DNA of 64,000 nucleotides from Mobula hypostoma (Eukaryota). The notes beneath the pieces were generated by a model. That model made no database searches. It saw nothing but the letters and a program-made list of their open reading frames with translations, and was not told the origin of the DNA. The stretch is taken from assembly GCF_963921235.1 (NCBI RefSeq), contig NC_086097.1:210554001-210618000 (forward strand). The letters are read 5' to 3'. Each line of letters begins with the position of its first letter. Position 1 is the stretch's first letter. Positions 1 through 10,880 of the stretch are shown here, one piece after another. Made by a program: the position numbers and the translations under genes.

Positions 1-548
1 ATGATGAGGCTATACTTTGCTAACCATGCTTTGTTAGCTGTGAGTAATTTTGTGGATTTCTCCTGATGTTAGCTGGTCCTTTTAAAAATGATTCTTGTTC
101 ATAAATAATTGCTTAGTAGATCAATAGCAAGATGTATAGTTTGGGGTTACTTGAACATAACTCAGCCAGCTGCAAATCAATTAAATTGGATCACCCACGC
201 ATATACATTTTGATCAATTTTACTTTCCATAATTATAACTTAAATTAATTTTGCCAGCTGTCACTTCCATTGCTATGGCCTAACTTCTGTAATTATTTCC
301 TAAAATTGCTTTGTCTCTCAACTGCTCTTTCCTAGTTCAAGACATTTTTTAAACCTTAACCTTTCCCCTTCCTTTGCAGTCCCAACAAAGCATCTTGGCC
401 GAAACTTCGACTGTTTATTCATTTCCATAGGTGCTGCCTAACCTGCTCAATTCCTCCAGAAGATTGTGTGTGTTGCTCTGGATTTCCATCATCTGCAGAA
501 TCTCTTGTGTTTATGATTAGATGCTCCACTGTGAAGTCTCTTCAAGGG

Positions 549-917
549 ATGCCTGCCCTGAAGAAGTGTAAATCTTCTTTTTGATGGGAGATCAATGAGA
601 CCCTCTCTCACTGCTCTCCCTCTGTGATCTTTACTGTCTTCCAACTCTCTGACCATCTACTCACCCAAACTTGCTACCACAGCCACATATCCATCCTGGG
701 AACTTGTGTTTGCTGTCAGCTCTGTATTCAGTCCTCCTGGTTTGAACCCACTGAGGTTCCCAGGTACTCGCGTTCGACTGATTCCTTCTCCCGCCACTTC
801 TCCCTCCATATTCTATACCACAATGAGGCTACCCTCAGGGTGGAGGAGCAACACCTTATATTCCATCTGAGTAGCCTCCAACCTGATGGCAAGAATATCG
901 ATTTCTCTTTCAATTGA
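549..917 (+). pseudogene. In-frame fusion remnant of a putative PLE ORF N-terminus and the GIY-YIG C-terminus
   Basis: ATG at 549 is in frame with ORF 624..917, with one stop at 582-584. The C-terminal YHNEATLRVEEQHLIFHLSSLQPDGKNIDFS matches the end of the GIY-YIG ORF 2874..3494. Confidence 0.65.
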
Positions 918-1880
918 AAAAATGTTTCCTTCTCCCTCCCCTCTGCTATTCCTCATTCTGGCCTCTTGCCTCTTCCCACCTGCCTATCACCTCCCTCTGG
1001 TGCACCACCTCCTTCCCTTTCTCCTATGGTCTACTCTCCTGTCCTATCAGATTTCTTCATCTCCAGCTCTTTACCTTTCCCAGTCACATGACTTCATCTA
1101 CCACCTTCTAACTATGCTCCTTCCCCTCCCCTCCCTTTTTTATCTTGGCACCTTCCCCCTTCCTTTCAGTTCTGAAGAAGGGTCTCAGCCAGTAACAACG
1201 ACAGTTTATTCATTTCCATAGATGCTGCCTGATCTGCTGAGTTCCTTCATCATTTTGTGTGTGTTGCTCTGATTTTCCAGGATCTCTTGTGTTTATGATT
1301 AGGTGCTCCACTGTGAAGTCGCTTCGAGGGTTGCCTACCCTGATGAAGCTTAACTCTTCTCTTCAACAGGAGTTTAGTGAGACCCTCTCTCACTGTCCCC
1401 CTCTGTGATCTCTGCTTCTCTCCAACTCTTCAGTCAGTCTTGCTACCACAGCCATGTATCATTCCTGGGAACTTGTCTTCGCCGCCATTTTAGTCCACCT
1501 GGCTTCAGCTCTGTTTTCAGGCCTCCTGGATTGGACCCTCTGTGGATACCAGGTACCTATTTTGATTGACTGCTTCTCCCTTTGAATTTTATGCCATAAT
1601 AAGAACACCCTCAGGGTGGAGGATCAACACCCTATATTCTGTCTAGGTAGCCTCCTACCTGATGCCATGAATATCGGTTTCTCCTTCTGGTAAAAAAAAA
1701 ATTCCTTCCCCTACCCCTCTTATTCTATACCCCACTCTGGCTCTTACCTCTTCTCACCTGCCTATTGCCTCCTCCTGGTGACCTTCTTTTTTCTCCCATG
1801 GTCCACTCCCCTGTCCTACACCTCCAGCCCTTTATCTTTCCCACCCACTTATCACCTTCTAGCTATCCTCCTTCCCCTTC

Positions 1881-2134
1881 GATGATGACGTCGACTCAGG
1901 CCTGAGAAGCCTGCATTGGGCATCTTCACGCCTTACAAGGCGCGGATGGGAAGGCTGTGTGGGGCGCTACTCCTCGCAGACATTTCGCAGTATTTTTCTT
2001 TATTCTATGAGGTCGAGTTGTGAGCTCAACAATCAACCGGGCATGGATGGAAAGCGTACTCGGGAGCGGCCCGACTGGATTCGAACCCGGGAACCTCCGT
2101 TCCGGAGTCGGGCGCTGATGTCACTGCGCCACCA
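1881..2134 (-). mobile_element. tRNA-derived SINE with RTE-type 3' end
   Basis: Minus strand has an A box TGGCGCAGTG (2122-2131), a B box GGTTCGAATCC (2077-2087) and a 3' end AGGCCTGAGTCGACGT(CAT)n. A 6-bp TSD CCCTTC lies at 1875-1880 and 2135-2140. Confidence 0.85.
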
Positions 2135-2839
2135 CCCTTCCCCACCTTTTTATTCTGGCATCTCTCTCCTTCTTTTCGAGTCCTGAAGAAGGGTCTCGGC
2201 CTGACACATCGACTGTTTATTCACTGCCTGATGTGCTGAGTTCCTCAGCATTTCGTGTGTGTTTTCTCTGCTTCTTTGATGCTGTTACTTATCTATCAGT
2301 TTTCATTCCTGTGAAATAATTGGCATATTTGTTATGTTGCTTATAAAGTAAACATTGGCTCATGCTCTTTTTTTAAGAGGGTGTAAGTATTGTTTTTATT
2401 TCTGGTTTCTGGTCATTAAACTTTTTCCTAAGTGACACCCAGGCTTTTCCTGCTGTATCTCTGGAGTCTCTATTTCCAATACTCTTTAAGCATCAATCCT
2501 TCTCATTCCATTCCCCTTCTGCCTCTAAAATCTCCTGAAAATCCACCGACGTTGACTCATTACTTATCGTAGTGAATCATTGTCAAATCTTACATTGTGC
2601 ACACATTGAAGTTGATGCCGGCCACCTCCAGCAGCTGTAACGAGTCCTCCCTTTAAGTTTTAGACAAGCATTGAGTAGTCCAGGCTCCTATGGTATTCGG
2701 TTCCACAATGGACAAGATCGGAAAAAGCCGCAGAAGTTTGCAAACAACAGGAATTCTGCAGATGCTGGAAATTCAAGCAACACACATCAAAGTTGCTGGT
2801 GAACACAGCAGGCCAGGCAGCATCTGTAGGAAGAGGTGC

Positions 2840-2875
2840 AGTCGACGTTTCAGGCCGAGACCCTTCGTCAGGACT
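2840..2875 (-). ncRNA. Minimal type-I hammerhead ribozyme motif (best-preserved copy)
   Basis: Minus strand reads AGTC CTGACGA AGGGTCTCGGCCT GAAA CGTC GACT. This gives stem I AGUC/GACU, the CUGANGA and GAAA core, a stem II hairpin, palindromic ACGU in place of stem III, and a GUC cleavage triplet. Confidence 0.75.
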
Positions 2876-3169
2876 AACTGAAGGAAGAGTGAGTAAGGGA
2901 TTTGAAAGTTGGAGGGGGAGGGGGAGATCCAAAATAATAGGAGAAGACAGGAGGGGGAGGGATAGAGCCAAGAGCTGGACAGGTGATAGGCAAAAGGGGA
3001 TACGAGAGGATCATGGGACAGGAGGTCCAGGAAGAAAGACAAGGGGGGGGGGACTCAGAGGATGGGCAAGAGGTATATTCAGAGGGACAGAGGGAGAAAA
3101 AGGAGAGTGAGAGAAAGAATGTGTGCATAAAAATAAGTAACAGATGGGGTACGAGGGGGAGGTGGGGCC

Positions 3170-3575
3170 TAGCGGAAGTTAGAGAAGTCAAATTCATGCC
3201 ATCAGGTTCGAGGGTACCCAGACGGACTATAAGGTGTTGTTCCTCCAACCTGAGTGTGGCTTCATCTTTACAGTAGAGGCGGCCGTGGATAGACATGTCA
3301 GAATGGGAATGGGATGTGGAATTAAAATGTGTGGCCACTGGGAGATCCTGCTTTCTCTGGCGGACAGAGCGTAGGTGTTCAGCAAAGCGGTCTCCCAGTC
3401 TGCGTCGGGTCTCGCCAATATATAAAAGGCCACATCGGGAGCACCGGACGCAGTATATCACCCCAGTCGACTCACAGGTGAAGTGTTGCCTCACCTGGAA
3501 GGACTGTTTGGGGCCCTGAATGGTGGTAAGGGAGGAAGTGTAAGGACATGTGTAGCACTTGTTCCGCTTACACGG
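3170..3575 (-). pseudogene. PLE GIY-YIG endonuclease domain
   Basis: ORF 2874..3494 reads GVIYCVRCSRCGLLYIGETRRRLGDRFAEH...VATHFN...H...EEQHLI. This is the VIY/YIG motif with the CCHH residues typical of PLE endonucleases; it frameshifts near the end. Confidence 0.9.
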
Positions 3576-4773
3576 CCTTCCGACCTACGTTCGTGACACT
3601 TCTCACGCTCTTAAACTTTTCGATGATTTTAAGTTTCCTGGCCCCCACCGCTTTATTTTCACTATGGATGTCCAGTCCTTAGATACTTCCATCCCCCATC
3701 AGGAAGGTCTCAAAGCTCTACGCTTCTTTTTGGATTCCAGACCTAATCAGTTCCCCTCTACCACCACTCTGCTCCGTCTAGCGGAATTAGTCCTTACTCT
3801 TAATAATTTCTCCTTTGGCTCCTCCCACTTCCTCCAAACTGAAGGTGTAGCTATGGGCACCCGTATGGGTCCTAGCTATGCCTGCCTTTTTGTTGGGTTT
3901 GTGGAACAATCTATGTTCCGTGCCTATTCTGGTGTCTGTCCCCCACTTTTCCTTCGCTACATCGACGACTGCATTGGCGCTGCTTCCTGCACGCATGCAG
4001 AACTCGTTGACTTTATTAACTTTGCCTCCAACTTTCACCCTGCCCTCAAGTTTACCTGGTCCATTTCCAACACCTCCCTCCCCTTTCTAGATCTTTCTGT
4101 CTCTGTCTCTGGAGACAGCTTATCCACTGATGTCTACTATAAGCCTACTGACTCTCACAGCTATCTGGACTATTCCTCTTCTCACCCTGTCTCTTGCAAA
4201 AACGCCATCCCCTTCTCGCAATTCCTCCGTCTCCGCCGCATCTGCTCTCAGGATGAGGCTTTCCATTCTAGGACGAGGGAGATGTCTTCCTTTTTTAAAG
4301 AAAGGGGCTTCCCTTCCTCCAGTATCAACTCTGCTCTTAAACGCATCTCTCCCATTTCACGTACATCTGCTCTCACTCCATCCTCCCGCCACCCCACTAG
4401 GAATAGGGTTCCCCTGGTCCTCACCTACCACCCCACCAGCCTCCGGGTCCAACATATTATTCTCCGTAACTTCCGCCACCTCCAATGGGATCCCACCACT
4501 AAGCACATCTTTCCCTCCCCCCCCTCTGCATTCCGCAGGGATTGCTCCCTACGCAACTCCTTTGTCCATTCGTCTCCCCCATCCCTCCCCACTGATCTCC
4601 CTCCTGGCACTTATCCGTGTAAGCGGAACAAGTGCTACACATGCCCTTACACTTCCTCCCTTACCACCATTCAGGGCCCCAAACAGCCCTTCCAAACTCA
4701 GCCAGCTCCATCAAGGGCATTAGCCTCCCCAGCATCGAGGACATCCTCTGAAGGCAATGTCTCAAAATGGTGA
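3559..4773 (+). pseudogene. PLE reverse transcriptase domain (open frame, 5'-truncated, both ORF ends non-native)
   Basis: The motifs FTMDVQSL, QTEGVAMGTRMGPSYA, LRYIDD, FLDL, YYKPTDSHSYL and SQFLRLRRICS run uninterrupted from 3576 to 4694. Confidence 0.9.
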
Positions 4774-4832
4774 CATCCATCATTAAGGACCCCCAGTACC
4801 CAGGACATGCTTTCTTTTTTTACTACTGTCAA

Positions 4833-5983
4833 GATTTTCTGTTAGATGGCAGCGCGTACGCACTCGGGAGCCAACAAAGGTGCTTTTTTCTTTGTTAAAT
4901 GTGTTTTTATACATTGTAAGATTATTCCTGTCTCCAATACCACGTGTACAGCAGGACTACTGCATCAGTGAGCTGCTCATTGTTGGGAGTAGCTTGCCAG
5001 TGTGTTGTAAGAGCTGGCTGGGGGTTCAGAGAAGGCGAGTTGCGGTGTCGGGCTGAGACTGTTGAGTCAAACCATCAGGCTGAGGGATTTGAGTCGGACC
5101 AAGGGAGGGGATTTGCGCCTGTTGGACCATCAGGCTGAGGGTTTTGAGTCGGGCTATCTGATCGAGGGATTTGTGTCGGGTCATCAGGCTGAGGGATTCG
5201 AGTTGGACCAAGGGAGGGGAGTTGCGCCTGTTGGACCATCAGGCTGAGGGATTTGAGTCGGGCTATCTGATCGAGGGATTTGTGTCAGGTCATCAGGCTG
5301 AGGGATTCGAGTCGGACCAAGGGAGGGGATTTGTGCCAGTTGGGCCATCGGTCTGAGGGTTTCGAGTCAGACTATCTGACCGAGGGATTTGTGTCGGGTT
5401 GTCTGGCCGAGGGATTCGAGTTGGGCCTTTGGGCCGCAGGAGGTGCTGGATTGGGTTCGGAAGAGCTGACCTGGGTGCAGACACTACTACTGTCTGCTAC
5501 TCCGAGGCACGGGAGTTGGTGCATGAAGACAGCATGTAGTGAAACCGTGAGTGACTGTCTTGGACTGCCTTGCAATCTCAAGACCCTGTTGGATATTGAT
5601 TGCTGCAGGCCTGCTTCCCTTGTTTGGTGGCGAGGAAGCAGTGTTGCCTCGGTTGTAGTGAGGACGAGGCCTCAAGCCACAGGCTGGCGTTTAGCATGGC
5701 GTCTGGTCTCAGTTGTGGGTGGCCTCTCCTGTCAGTGCTGCCCTCTAGTGCTAGATCGGTGGAATTACAGGCTCAACTGCCAGGAGCCACCAATTTTCGG
5801 GACTTGTTGCTCAATGTTTTGGATTTAAAATGTGTTTTCTTACGTGACTATATTCTTTTTTCTTTCCTTTCTCGCTATTTTGAATGCACGTTTATGCTTC
5901 TGTATCTTCGCCCCCAAGGAACGCTGTCTCATTTGGCTGTATCCATGTATGGTTCAAATGACAATTAAACTTGATTTGATTTG
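4833..5983 (+). mobile_element. Non-autonomous retroposon (Rex1/L2-like tail) with an internal minisatellite
   Basis: It interrupts the Rex1 coding remnant, starts near AGATGGCAGCG and ends ACAATTAAAC(TTGAT)n. No recognisable protein domain. Confidence 0.6.
5066..5427. repeat. Higher-order minisatellite: 109-bp unit x about 3.3, built from about 27-bp subunits
   Basis: CATCAGGCTGAGGGATTYGAGTYGGACC recurs at 5073, 5182 and 5291 (period 109), and a GAGGGATTYGWGTCGG-like core repeats about every 27 bp. Confidence 0.9.
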
Positions 5984-6135
5984 AGGAGGTACAGGAGCCT
6001 GAAGACACACGTTCAATGATTCAGGAACAGCTTCTTCCTCTCTGACATCAGGTTTCTGAACGGACAATGAACCAACCCATAAAACACAACCTCACTATTT
6101 TTACACTCTTTTTGCACTACTCATTTAATTTGTTT

Positions 6136-6181
6136 TATATATATATATGTGTGTGTGTATATATGTATGTATGTATGTATG

Positions 6182-6227
<46 letters not shown>

Positions 6228-6230
6228 GTA
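6136..6230. repeat. Compound (TA)n/(TG)n/(TATG)n microsatellite
   Basis: Directly visible in the Rex1 3' UTR. Confidence 0.95.
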
Positions 6231-6703
6231 TTTTTCATGTATCGTCAAATTGCTGCCACAAAGCAACTAATTTCACAACATATGTCAATGAAATTAAACC
6301 TGATTCTGATTCTGATAATTGGAGCCAGTGAGCATTGCAGGAAGCACAGCTTGAAAGTCTCAATCGTTTAAAACAGCAGGTTTAACAGATTTAAATCAGT
6401 TTTGCCAGCTTTGCAGCCAATGGACCTGAGTGAATTATGTCCAATTTGGTCTGTAATCCAATTTAATGTCTAATATGCTCATATGAAGGATCAGTATGTT
6501 GAAAAATTACACGCTTATTTTATAATAGACTGGTTGCTCAATGACCTGGAGTACCAAACCATTTGGTTTGCTGACTTGAATTGAAATATTAACTCTGTGC
6601 ACTAAAATTTCATGTGCCTATTTTTCTCAGATAGTATGTGAGTGTTGCCGAAATTCTTGCTTATGCCTTATTGTTGAGACGTTTGTGCATTTCAGAGATG
6701 TTT

Positions 6704-7112
6704 TCAGAATCAGGGTTATTATCACCGGCATGTGCCGTGAAATTTGTTAACTTAGAAGCAGCAGTTCAATGCAATACATGTATATTGAATAAATTAAAAA
6801 TGGTGCAGAAGCAGAAATAATATTTAAAAAAGAGAGGTAGTTTTCATGGGTTCAATGTCCATTTAGCAATCGTATGGCAGAGGAGAAGAAGCTGTTCCTG
6901 AATTGCTGAGTGTGTGCCTTCAGGCTTCTGTACTTCGTCTTGATGGTAACAATGAGAAGAGGGCATGCCCTGAGTTATGGGCGTTCTTAATAATGGATGT
7001 CACCTTGCTGAGGCACCGCTCCTTGAAAATGTCTTGGGTTCTACGGAGGCTAGTACCAAAGATGGAGCTGACTAATTTTACTACTTTCTGCAGCTTCTTT
7101 CAGTCCTGTGCT
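6704..7112 (-). mobile_element. Rex1/Babar LINE 3' end
   Basis: The TCAGAA tail, the UTR and the reverse complement of the ..SIIK..H..GHALFSLLPS.. region are present. It is closely similar to 53208-53842. Confidence 0.8.
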
Positions 7113-7120
7113 GTGGATTC

Positions 7121-8275
7121 TAGTCATGAGCCACCTCTCAGAGCATCTCACCACTGTAGATGTGAGTGCAACTGTATGATAGTTATTAAGGCAGCTCATA
7201 CTACTCTTCTTAGCACCGATATAATTGTTGCCTTTTGAAGTAGGTGGGAACTTCCAACTGTAGCAGTGAAAGGCTGAAATCGTCCTTGAATACACCCACC
7301 AGTTGGTTGGCACAAGTTCTCAGAGCCTGCTGCCTTGCAGGAGTTCACCCTCCTTAAAGACGGCCTGACATCAGCCTCTGAGACAGAGATCGTAGGGTCA
7401 CTGGGTGCAGCAGGGACCTTCATAACTGTAGTTATATTCTCCCTATCACAACTGGCATAAAAGGCGTTGAGCTCATCTGGTAGTGAAGCATTGCTGTCAT
7501 TCATGCTATTGGGTTTTGCTTTGCAGAAAGTGATGTCCAGCAAACGCTGCCAGGGTTGATGTGCATCCGATGTCACCTCCAACCTTGCTCAGAATTGTCT
7601 CTTTGCTGTTGAAAGAGCCCTCAGCAAGTCATACCTGGTTTTCTTATACAGACATTGGTCACCAGACTTAAATACCACAGATCTAGCCCCCCGCAGATGA
7701 CGCACCTCCTAGTTCATCCACGGCTTTTGTTTTGGGAATGTACAGCAAGTTTTGTAGTGAGAGCATGGAATAGCATGGTAGGCATTCTTGATGGTCCAGT
7801 GTGTTGCCTCCTCTGGCACTACAGGTGATTTGTTGATGGTATTTATTCGTGACTTTTTCAGGTTAAAATCCTCAAAATGATGGTGAAGATGTCAGGGTGT
7901 GCTGTTTTGTGCATGTTGATCCCAGAGCTCAGATCATCTAGAGCCAGTCTGACATTGGCCTGAGGTGGAATGTACACTGCTACCAAAATGATCACAGAAA
8001 TCTCCCACTGCAGGTAAAATGGGCAGCACTTAATTGTGAGATATTTCCGGTCTGGTGGGCAGCATTGGGACAACATTGATAACTTTGTGCACAAAGAAGA
8101 GTTGACCATGAGACATACACCTCCACTTCTAATTCTGAGAGAATCAACAGTCCTATCCCGAGTGTGTAGTGAACCTGTCGATCTGAATTGCTATGTCTGG
8201 TATGGAAAGGGTTAACCAGGATTCCGTGAAACAAAGGACACACGTGGTCATAATGTCCCTCTGATTCAGCACCCT
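7121..8275 (-). mobile_element. Rex1/Babar LINE internal fragments (endonuclease to RT N-terminus)
   Basis: Minus ORFs contain YLTIKCCPFYLQWEISVIILVAVYIPPQANV, SLPDELNAFYA, SLRRVNSCKAAG and CLNNYHTVALTSTVVRCSERW. Confidence 0.8.
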
Positions 8276-9403
8276 AGCTCTGAGATCATTGATTTTACTC
8301 ACTGGAGACTGTAGATTTGCCAGCAAGACAGTCGGTACTGGGAGTTTAAAACCCTATTTCCTCAAATGTACCCACATCCCTGACCTGCAGCCACATTTCC
8401 AATGTGAAATCCAGCAGGATTTAAGGCCACAATCAGCATTGTTTCCATCCATTTTAAGCAGCAATCGATTATTCAATCACTTTAAGACATCTTTATTAAC
8501 TGTACAGACCTTGGAAGTGGTTGTGATTCTCCGCTGTGTCAGGCTGAAACAGGAATACTTAGTTGTACCCATCAAGCTGTGCTGCACGAGATCGTCATTC
8601 CCAAGGCGCCCCTGAAGTTCTCTCTTTCTCTCCTTGTTTGTGCATTTCATAGATTGGGGATCTAGTTTTATCAACACCTTCGTGCCAAAATATTGGTATA
8701 GGAAAACAATTAAAGCAATTAAGGCTTTTGCACTTCCAAAGTCAAGTTAAACTTTTAATTTGCTTTCATCATGCAAGCAATCTCTCCATTGATCTTGAAC
8801 ACATGGCAACTTAAATTTGCATCATGGGAATGACACAATTGGAACCCAATTTGTGTGGCCTATTCTTGCAACAGCTTATCTTCAGAGGATACCTGGGACA
8901 TTAACTGCAAGGTTCCCACCAAGTCAGCAGAAGCTTGGATGTCCTCAGGTTCAGTGTTCCTACTTACTTGTGCTTCAGCACCACTCCTACCAAAAAAAAT
9001 GATGCCATTCGAAGCAACAAAGCAAAGGTAAATGGACGAAAGCTTCCTGTCTTAAGGGATTAATTTAATACTTTGCTTTATAAAACAGAATATTTTGTAG
9101 GTTAGAGTCAAACTTTAATGTTTGTGATGACTTCTGAAAAGAATGATGTTGCTGCCTCAGTACCTGAGTGGGACACATTGCTGAAGAAATATCACCCAGC
9201 TAATTTACCTTCCAAACAATAAAATTACCCTGAGTTACTGTAACGTGGGTCTATAATTAGAAGTAACAAATAGCTCAGCTCTTTCAAGTTGAATTGAAAA
9301 TAATATTTGCTAAATAAGTGTTAACGCTAGATTTAACTGTAAAGAAAATAAGGGCTTGGAGGATTTTCACATCGCAGTCATTCACTGTCACTAAAATGCT
9401 TTT

Positions 9404-10245
9404 CAGAATCAGATTTATTATCACTTATTTCTGTGATGTGAGTTGTGGCGTTTTATAGCAGTGTGGGTCTTCAGGCTTCTGTACATCCCCTCCAATGGCA
9501 GTGAGAGGGAGTGTCCCAGATGGTGAGAGTCCCTAGTGATGGATGCTGCATTCCTGAGGCATCACCTCTTCAAGATGTTCTGCACAGTGGGGTGGGTTAT
9601 GCCCATGACAATGCATGCTGAGTCTACAAACCTCTACAGGTTCTTACAGCCTCCATTCCAGATAGTGATGCAACCAGTCAGAACTCTCTCCGCCATACTT
9701 CTATATAAACTTTCAAGAATCTTTGATGACATACCAAATCTCCTCAAACTCCTGATAAAGGAGAGCTACTGATGTGTCTTCCTCATCTTTGTCATTGTGT
9801 TGGGCCCAAGATATATTCTCTCAGTTGCTGATATCCAGGAACATGAATCTGTTTACTCTTTCCACTGCTGACCCCTCAATGAGGACTGTTGTGTGTTCTT
9901 TTGACCTCCCCTTCCTGAAGTCCAAAATCTTTTCCTTGGTCTTACTGATGTTGAGTGTTGCAACACCATACAATCAGCCAATTATATCTCGCTCCTGCCA
10001 GCTGAGAGTTACTGCTCCATTCTTTCTCCACTCCTGATTGTGTAGAAGCACAGCTGAAGCACCATCTGTAAGTTTGCCAATAACACAACCATTGTTCTTC
10101 CTGAATCGTGGAGTAGGGGTACAGGAGCCTGAAGACTTACACTCAGTGATTCAGGAGTAACAACAATTGTGTCATCAGTAGATTTATAGATGGTGTTTGA
10201 GCTGTACTTAGTACACAATCACCAGTGTAGGGAGAGTAGAGCTGT
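9404..10245 (-). mobile_element. Degraded Rex1/Babar fragments
   Basis: The TCAGAA tail and RT C-terminal remnants (e.g. SSNTIYKSTDDTIVV) are present but rearranged. Confidence 0.65.
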
Positions 10246-10589
10246 GAAATGTAATCTGTTGGAAAAGATGGCTACTAATTTTCACACAGCAAGATTGCAC
10301 AAATAGCAAAGAGATGGTTGACTCTTGAGGCCCTTCTATGTGGGGTTAGTCAAAGGAGAAGTAATAACTAGATTGTGGCAGAATTTCCCAGCATTTCATA
10401 TTTTGCCTTGGGATTTTTAATTCCATTGTGAAGAAAGACATGGCCTTACTTTAACAGGAGACATTATGGAGGAGGTGACTGCTGAGTAGCTGCTATGGCC
10501 AGGCATCTGCTCAGAGCAGTGAGCTGGGAAGCTTGGGAAAGTTGTGCAAGCTGACCTTAGATTGTTGGAAAGTTCAAATGCACACAAAG

Positions 10590-10880
10590 ACGTGTACTAC
10601 CAGACTCAAGGACAGCTTCTATAGCACTATTAAAGGACTATTGAACACTTCCCTCGTACAATATGATAGATTCAACCTTGCAATCAACCTTATTGTGACC
10701 CTACTCTCGATGTCTCCCTGCATTGCACTTTCTCTGTACTGTTACATTTAAACCTAAGCTTTATTCTGTTATTGCTAAACTCTGTACTACCTCTATACAC
10801 TGTTGTAATGAATTGATCTGCATAGATAGTACACAAGATGGGTTTTTCACAGTACCTTGGTACAATGTGAAAATAATAAT
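10590..10880 (+). mobile_element. Rex1/Babar 3' UTR fragment
   Basis: TTRLKDSFY..I..LLN coding end followed by a typical UTR. Confidence 0.6.

Larger units (their letters stand above)
360..2270 (+). mobile_element. Head-to-tail array of internally deleted Penelope-like (PLE) units: pLTR tail plus two units of about 750-790 bp
   Basis: The block 'pLTR tail - ORF N-terminus - GIY-YIG C-terminus (EATLRVEEQHLIF.L.SLQPDG.NIDFS) - pyrimidine-rich UTR - hammerhead-like motif' occurs twice (about 409-1199 and 1200-2210). It is preceded by a third pLTR end, and the same ends are seen in the larger PLE at 2746-3575. Confidence 0.8.
2746..4692 (-). mobile_element. Neptune-type Penelope-like retroelement, 5'-truncated with an inverted 5' segment
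   Basis: Minus segment 2746-3575 carries the Cys linker, GIY-YIG and pLTR. Plus segment 3576-4694 carries the RT. The CKRNKCYTC linker between RT and EN is characteristic of Neptune. Possible TSD CAAAC at 2741-2745 and 4693-4697. Confidence 0.9.
2690..6316 (+). mobile_element. Rex1/Babar LINE 3' fragment, split by a PLE (2746-4692) and a non-autonomous element (4833-5983)
   Basis: Pieces at 2690-2745, 4693-4832 and 5984-6316 join into the Rex1-type C-terminus (degenerate ..LPSIEDI..SIIKDP..PGHA..RRYRSLKTH..), followed by the 3' UTR and a (ATTCTG)n tail. Confidence 0.7.

Noticed and set aside
1320..1350. Second hammerhead (CTGATGA at 1340 after a hairpin)
   Set aside because: No stem II plus GAAA follows. 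The position corresponds to codons near the PLE ORF start (CTGAAGAAG in the other unit).
2065..2134. tRNA gene
   Set aside because: It has A/B boxes but no intact cloverleaf. It is the head of a TSD-flanked SINE.
3559..4773. Functional 404-aa gene or domesticated RT
   Set aside because: The start lies in the inverted junction, the N-terminal RT region is missing and the C-terminus reads into Rex1 sequence. The open frame is best explained by young age.
5066..5427. CRISPR-like regularly spaced repeats
   Set aside because: The intervening sequences are themselves repeated (109-bp period), there are no unique spacers or cas genes, and the context is eukaryotic.
5280..5828. 182-aa ORF as a host gene
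   Set aside because: It arises from the GC-rich minisatellite and element body, with no domain signature.
6147..6371. CV/YI-rich ORFs
   Set aside because: They are translations of a microsatellite.
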